Shown piece by piece: positions 59,837 to 64,000 of a DNA stretch of 64,000 bases. This DNA is from Spirochaetia bacterium (GTDB lineage: Bacteria > Spirochaetota > Spirochaetia > SZUA-6 > Bin103). Made by a program: the position numbers and the translations under genes. Position 1 is the stretch's first letter. The number at the start of each line of letters is the position of its first letter. The DNA lies in contig CBDAOI010000002.1 in the NCBI GenBank assembly GCA_965198005.1, forward strand, positions 384,001-448,000, given 5' to 3'. The notes under the pieces were generated by a model. It was not told the DNA's origin. It searched no databases and saw only the letters and a program-made list of their open reading frames with translations.

Positions 59837-61408
59837 ATGCGTTCGTTCAACACCGCCGGTCCCGTCAATCCGACCGATCATTACCTGATCGCGCCGTTGT
59901 CGAGGATCGATCTGGACGAAGTGCTCGGCTTGGTGCGTGACAAGAAGTACTTCGTGCTGCACGCGCCGCGGCAAACCGGCAAGACGTCGGCGCTGCTGGC
60001 GCTGGCCGAAGTGCTGAACGAGCGGGGCTACGGTTGCGTTTACGTTACGGTCGAAACCGCTCGCACGGCCCGCGACGACGTGCAACGGGCTATGCGCACG
60101 GTGCTCGTCAGGCTGGCGTCGCAGGCGCGGGCGACGCTGGATGACGGCTTTCTGGACGACATCTGGCCGGACCTTCTGGCGCGAGTCGGTGCGGACGAGG
60201 CACTGGGCGAAGCGCTGTCTCGCTGGGCGGAGGCGTCGCCGCGGCCGCTGGTGCTGCTGATCGACGAGATCGACACGCTGGTGGGCGATTCGCTGCTGTC
60301 GGTGCTCCAGCAGCTCCGCGCCGGCTATCCCGGCCGCCCGGCACGCTTCCCGCACAGCGTGGTCCTGTGCGGCATGCGCGACCTGCGCGACTACCGCATG
60401 GGCGCTGCCGGCAGCCCGTTCAACATCGCCGCCGCGTCGCTGCGGCTGGGCGACTTCTCGCGCGAGCAGACGCTGGCGCTGCTGGGCCAGCACACCGCAG
60501 AGACCGGCCAGACGTTCGCCCCGGCGGCGCTGGAGGCGGTGTGGACGCAGACCCGCGGCCAGCCGTGGCTGGTGAACGCACTGGCGTACGGGACGTGCTT
60601 CAAGAACAAGACGCTGCGCGACGACCGTTCCCGTACGGTGACCGACGACGACGTCGCCGCGGTGCGCGAGGACCTCATCGTAAACCGGGTGACGCACCTG
60701 GACTACCTGGCGGACAAGCTGCGCGAGGATCGCGTGCGGCGGGTAATCGAGCCGATGCTGAGCGGTACCCACCGGCACGCCTTCACGGACCGCGATGTCC
60801 AGTACGCGCGCGACCTGGGGCTGGTGGCCCGCGACGCGCCGTTGCGGGTGGCCAACCCGATCTACGCCGAAGTGCTGCCGCGCGAACTCGCGTGGGTGGC
60901 GCAGGAAACGCTGGAGCTGTCGCCGCCGCGGTACCTGAGGACGGACGGCAGCCTGGACGCGGAGTTGCTGATGGCGGAGTTCCAGAGCTTCTTCCGCCGC
61001 CACTCCGAGCACTGGAGGAACCGCTTCGCCTACGCGGAGGCGTGGCCGCAGTTGCTCCTGCAGGCGTACTTGCAGCGCGTCGTGAACGGCGGCGGCCGCA
61101 TCGAGCGGGAGTACGCGCTGGGCAGCGGCCGGGTGGACCTGCTGATCGTGTGGCCGCTGGCGGACCGGGTGCAGGAGTTCGTGGTGGAGTGCAAGGTAGT
61201 GCGCGAGCACGACGGGCTGGAGAGCGTCGTGGCCGAGGGCGTGGAGCAGACGGCGCGGTACGTGGACCGCAGCGGGGCAGAAGCGGGGCACCTGGTCGTG
61301 ATCGACCAGCGGGAAAACCGGACCTGGGAGGAGAAGGTATTTCACCTCCGGCGCCGCGGCGGCGCGGTGGCGGCCGGCACGGCGCCGGTCGACGTGTGGG
61401 GCATGTGA
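59837..61408 (+). CDS. AAA ATPase with C-terminal PD-(D/E)XK domain
   Basis: FNTAGP, APRQTGKT, LIDEID, GGRIEREY..RVDL..VVECK. Confidence 0.9.
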   Translation: MRSFNTAGPVNPTDHYLIAPLSRIDLDEVLGLVRDKKYFVLHAPRQTGKTSALLALAEVLNERGYGCVYVTVETARTARDDVQRAMRTVLVRLASQARATLDDGFLDDIWPDLLARVGADEALGEALSRWAEASPRPLVLLIDEIDTLVGDSLLSVLQQLRAGYPGRPARFPHSVVLCGMRDLRDYRMGAAGSPFNIAAASLRLGDFSREQTLALLGQHTAETGQTFAPAALEAVWTQTRGQPWLVNALAYGTCFKNKTLRDDRSRTVTDDDVAAVREDLIVNRVTHLDYLADKLREDRVRRVIEPMLSGTHRHAFTDRDVQYARDLGLVARDAPLRVANPIYAEVLPRELAWVAQETLELSPPRYLRTDGSLDAELLMAEFQSFFRRHSEHWRNRFAYAEAWPQLLLQAYLQRVVNGGGRIEREYALGSGRVDLLIVWPLADRVQEFVVECKVVREHDGLESVVAEGVEQTARYVDRSGAEAGHLVVIDQRENRTWEEKVFHLRRRGGAVAAGTAPVDVWGM

Positions 61409-61559
61409 CGGGCTTGTTCGCTGCCGGGCTTCACCGGCGACAGCCGAGTGATCACCCATGGGAGTGTAGCCGGGCGTGGCGGCCTACAACGGCGCCTCTG
61501 ATGTCTGATCTGACGGTGACAATTGACTCAGCGATGGTCCAGGGGGCAATCTTCTACCC

Positions 61560-62657
61560 ATGCCACCAATAACTGGACCCGCAGACGGTCCCGTCGCCGT
61601 GACCGGCGCCTCGGGCTACATCGGATCGCACGTCGTCAAGAACCTGGTCGAAGCGGGCTACGCAGTTCGCGCCAGCGTCCGCGACGCGAGTCGGAAAGAC
61701 AAGACGGAGTTCCTGCGCGCCATGAACGATCGCGGCTCGGGAAGCGTGGAGATTTTCGAGGCCGACCTGTTGCAGGCCACCAACGGCGCCTACGACGAGG
61801 TGTGTGCCGGTTGCTCGGCCGTGTTCCACGTCGCCGCTGATCTGCGTACTGATCCCGCGTACGGAGCGGGCAGTAGCCAACAGACCTATGACGCGATCAT
61901 GGACGGGACCAAGGGCGTCCTGGCCTCGTGCCGAGCGGCCGGCAGCGTAAAGCGGGTCATGTACACCTCGTCGTGCGCGGCTGTGTGGGGCACGTGGCAG
62001 GGTGGAAGCGACCCCAGCGGCCACGAGTTCACCGAGGACGACTGGGGTGGCCACGGTTCAGATGAGCGGCTGTGGAACGTCGCAAAGGCAGCCTACGCCA
62101 AGGGCAAGGTGGACGCCGAGAAGCATGGCTATGCCTGGGGCGAAGAGACCGGCATCGACGTGGTCTCGAACATGCCCAGCCACGTGCTGGGTCCCATCCT
62201 CAACAGGACGCAGAACAACGTGTGGCAGAAAAGAATCGGCCAGGCCCTGTCGGGGCAAAGCGAACCCCCAAATATCGGCCTCGCCTTCGGGCAGGCTATC
62301 GAGGGTGCCGCGCCGGGTTTCCTGTGGAACGTCATCGACGTGCGCGACATCGGCCAGGCGCAGCGCCTCATGGCAACCAGCAACGTCGCCAAGAATGGAT
62401 CCAGATACATACTGGGCGCCACCGACGAGTCCGGGGAGCTCACGGCGCAGCAGATGTACGACGCGCTCAGCGAGCTGTATCCCGACGTCGCCGTGTGCGG
62501 CGACTGGCAGCCGCCGGCCACGCCGGACTTCTGGCACAGCAAGTGCACCAAGGCCATTCGCGAACTGGGACTGAAGACCCATCCCGCGTTGGACACTCTC
62601 CAGGCTACGGGCGACTCGCTGATCGAGTTCGGCGCGATCGAGCCCGCCAGGAAGTAG
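61560..62657 (+). CDS. NAD-dependent epimerase/dehydratase (dihydroflavonol reductase-like)
   Basis: VTGASGYIG, FHVA, YTSS, YAKGK, DVRD. Confidence 0.9.
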   Translation: MPPITGPADGPVAVTGASGYIGSHVVKNLVEAGYAVRASVRDASRKDKTEFLRAMNDRGSGSVEIFEADLLQATNGAYDEVCAGCSAVFHVAADLRTDPAYGAGSSQQTYDAIMDGTKGVLASCRAAGSVKRVMYTSSCAAVWGTWQGGSDPSGHEFTEDDWGGHGSDERLWNVAKAAYAKGKVDAEKHGYAWGEETGIDVVSNMPSHVLGPILNRTQNNVWQKRIGQALSGQSEPPNIGLAFGQAIEGAAPGFLWNVIDVRDIGQAQRLMATSNVAKNGSRYILGATDESGELTAQQMYDALSELYPDVAVCGDWQPPATPDFWHSKCTKAIRELGLKTHPALDTLQATGDSLIEFGAIEPARK

Positions 62658-62766
62658 CCGCCCGGGGGCCGGCTCAGGAGCCCCTCGTCGAGATCAGCGC
62701 TCCGACGGTTGCCGTAGGTGATCGTGCCGGTCGGTGCCGGTCGACGGACGCTGCTGCTCCGCCTGT

Positions 62767-62898
62767 TGCATGCTCATGGTACACTCCGCACCGTAGCGCC
62801 GGAGCCCACCCGACCGTCGCCAAGCGAGGATCGAGACCATGCGTTCCTTCAACATCGCCGCCGAATCGCTGTGGCTGGGCGACTTCTCGCGCGAGTAG
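62767..62898 (+). pseudogene. Deleted duplicate of the 59837 AAA gene with its promoter
   Basis: Leader matches 59757-59836; MRSFN joined to IAAESLWLGDFSRE*. Confidence 0.85.
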
Positions 62899-62899
62899 C

Positions 62900-63038
62900 G
62901 GCGGGTGCCGAGGCAGCGAATCGGTCCGCGTTGATCGAGCGGGCAACCTGGGAATACCTGAAGTCGCGCCGCCGCGCGAATCGAGATGTTGCTGAGCTGG
63001 GGCGCATCAATGCCCAATCCGCATCCCTAAATAAATAG
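62900..63038 (+). pseudogene. Ribbon-helix-helix antitoxin C-terminal fragment
   Basis: NRSALIERATWEYL..RDVAELGRIN. Confidence 0.45.
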
Positions 63039-63155
63039 CGAGGCCCCTCCGGCCTGCGCACGCAGGTTGCTGTCGGCGCCGACGAGGGCTTGAAGCACGA
63101 GAGCGCGGTGCACTGCGACGGACTGGTGAGCCTACGAAAGGCGTTGCGGCGCACA

Positions 63156-64000
63156 TTACGCCGGAAACGTGTGCCATGGATGGAGCGCGCGCAGAAACCG
63201 CTCGCAGGGCAGGCACACGATCCCATCGACGTACAACTGTTCATCGCCCAGGTAGAGCAGCAGACGCCGTGCCTCCGGGTAGTCGGCGTGAAATGAACGG
63301 AGGGCGCGCAGATCGGAGCGGCGGACCGTCGCGCTGTGCTTTACTTCGATGGCGGTGAACTGGTTCGGACCATAAATGACCAAGTCCACCTCGGAGCCGG
63401 CGCGGGTGCGCCAATGGAACAGGCGGTCGCCAACGTTGCGATAGGCCAGCCAAGCCCGCAGATGTTGGGCCACCAGCCCGTCCAAGGCTGCTCCTGCGAT
63501 CTCTTCCGGTCGATCGAGCGGACCGGCGGGACGCAGCCCGCCAAACACCCCGCAGTCGAACAGGTAGAACTTGTCGTGTGCCACCGTTGCGCGCGCGGCG
63601 CGCTTGCGAAACACCGGCAGCCGGAAGCCGAGCAGCAGGTCCTCCAGTACGCCGAGGTAACCCTCCACCGCCTTGCGGCCTACTGCGCTGTCGCGGGCAA
63701 TGTTGCTGACATTCAACAATTGCGCGTGCGAGAAGGAGACCGTTTCCAGAAAGCGGGAGAACCCGTCGAGGTCCCGCACCAGTCCCTCGATCTGCACTTC
63801 CTCGCGCACGTAGACGGCCACGTAGCTCTGCAGCGTGTCGACGGGGTCCGCGGCGCCGAGCACCAGCGGCAGCATGCCGCGCTCCAGCGCCGCCGGGAGA
63901 TCGAACCCGTCGCCCAGCTCGGCGGCCATGAACGGGTGCATGGTGCGGACCACGGCCCGGCCGGCCAGCAGATCGACGCCGCTCCGCCTGAGCTTGCGGG
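63156..64000 (-). CDS. AAA_14/DUF4143 ATP-binding protein (5' end outside window)
   Basis: [38 protein letters not shown]. Confidence 0.88.
   Translation of the reverse strand, partial: RKLRRSGVDLLAGRAVVRTMHPFMAAELGDGFDLPAALERGMLPLVLGAADPVDTLQSYVAVYVREEVQIEGLVRDLDGFSRFLETVSFSHAQLLNVSNIARDSAVGRKAVEGYLGVLEDLLLGFRLPVFRKRAARATVAHDKFYLFDCGVFGGLRPAGPLDRPEEIAGAALDGLVAQHLRAWLAYRNVGDRLFHWRTRAGSEVDLVIYGPNQFTAIEVKHSATVRRSDLRALRSFHADYPEARRLLLYLGDEQLYVDGIVCLPCERFLRALHPWHTFPA

Overview
GC-rich bacterial chromosomal window. A housekeeping backbone (pyrD-pyrF, BMP-type nucleoside ABC transporter, Liv-type ABC transporter, uraD-guaD, mnmG, mnmE-queG, A-type Fe-S carrier, NfeD plus two flotillins, PPK2) is interleaved with dense accessory DNA. 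The accessory DNA includes many toxin-antitoxin loci, AAA/PD-(D/E)XK genes, a twice-repeated vapBC/type III mod/res/large 2OG-Fe(II) oxygenase module, a bounded DDE IS with 13-bp TIRs and a 5-bp target duplication, and many internally deleted gene scars. The most notable structure lies between mnmE and mnmG. It is a phage-like cI/cro switch whose S24 domain lacks both catalytic residues, and its promoter/operator block occurs three times: before cro, before an ankyrin-repeat lipoprotein, and before a truncated cro copy that leads into mnmG. The ankyrin protein, TA density and gene scars resemble a host-associated (e.g. sponge) symbiont genome, but this is inference only. Family calls come from motif recognition, not database searches. 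Some frameshifts and chimeras could be assembly errors.
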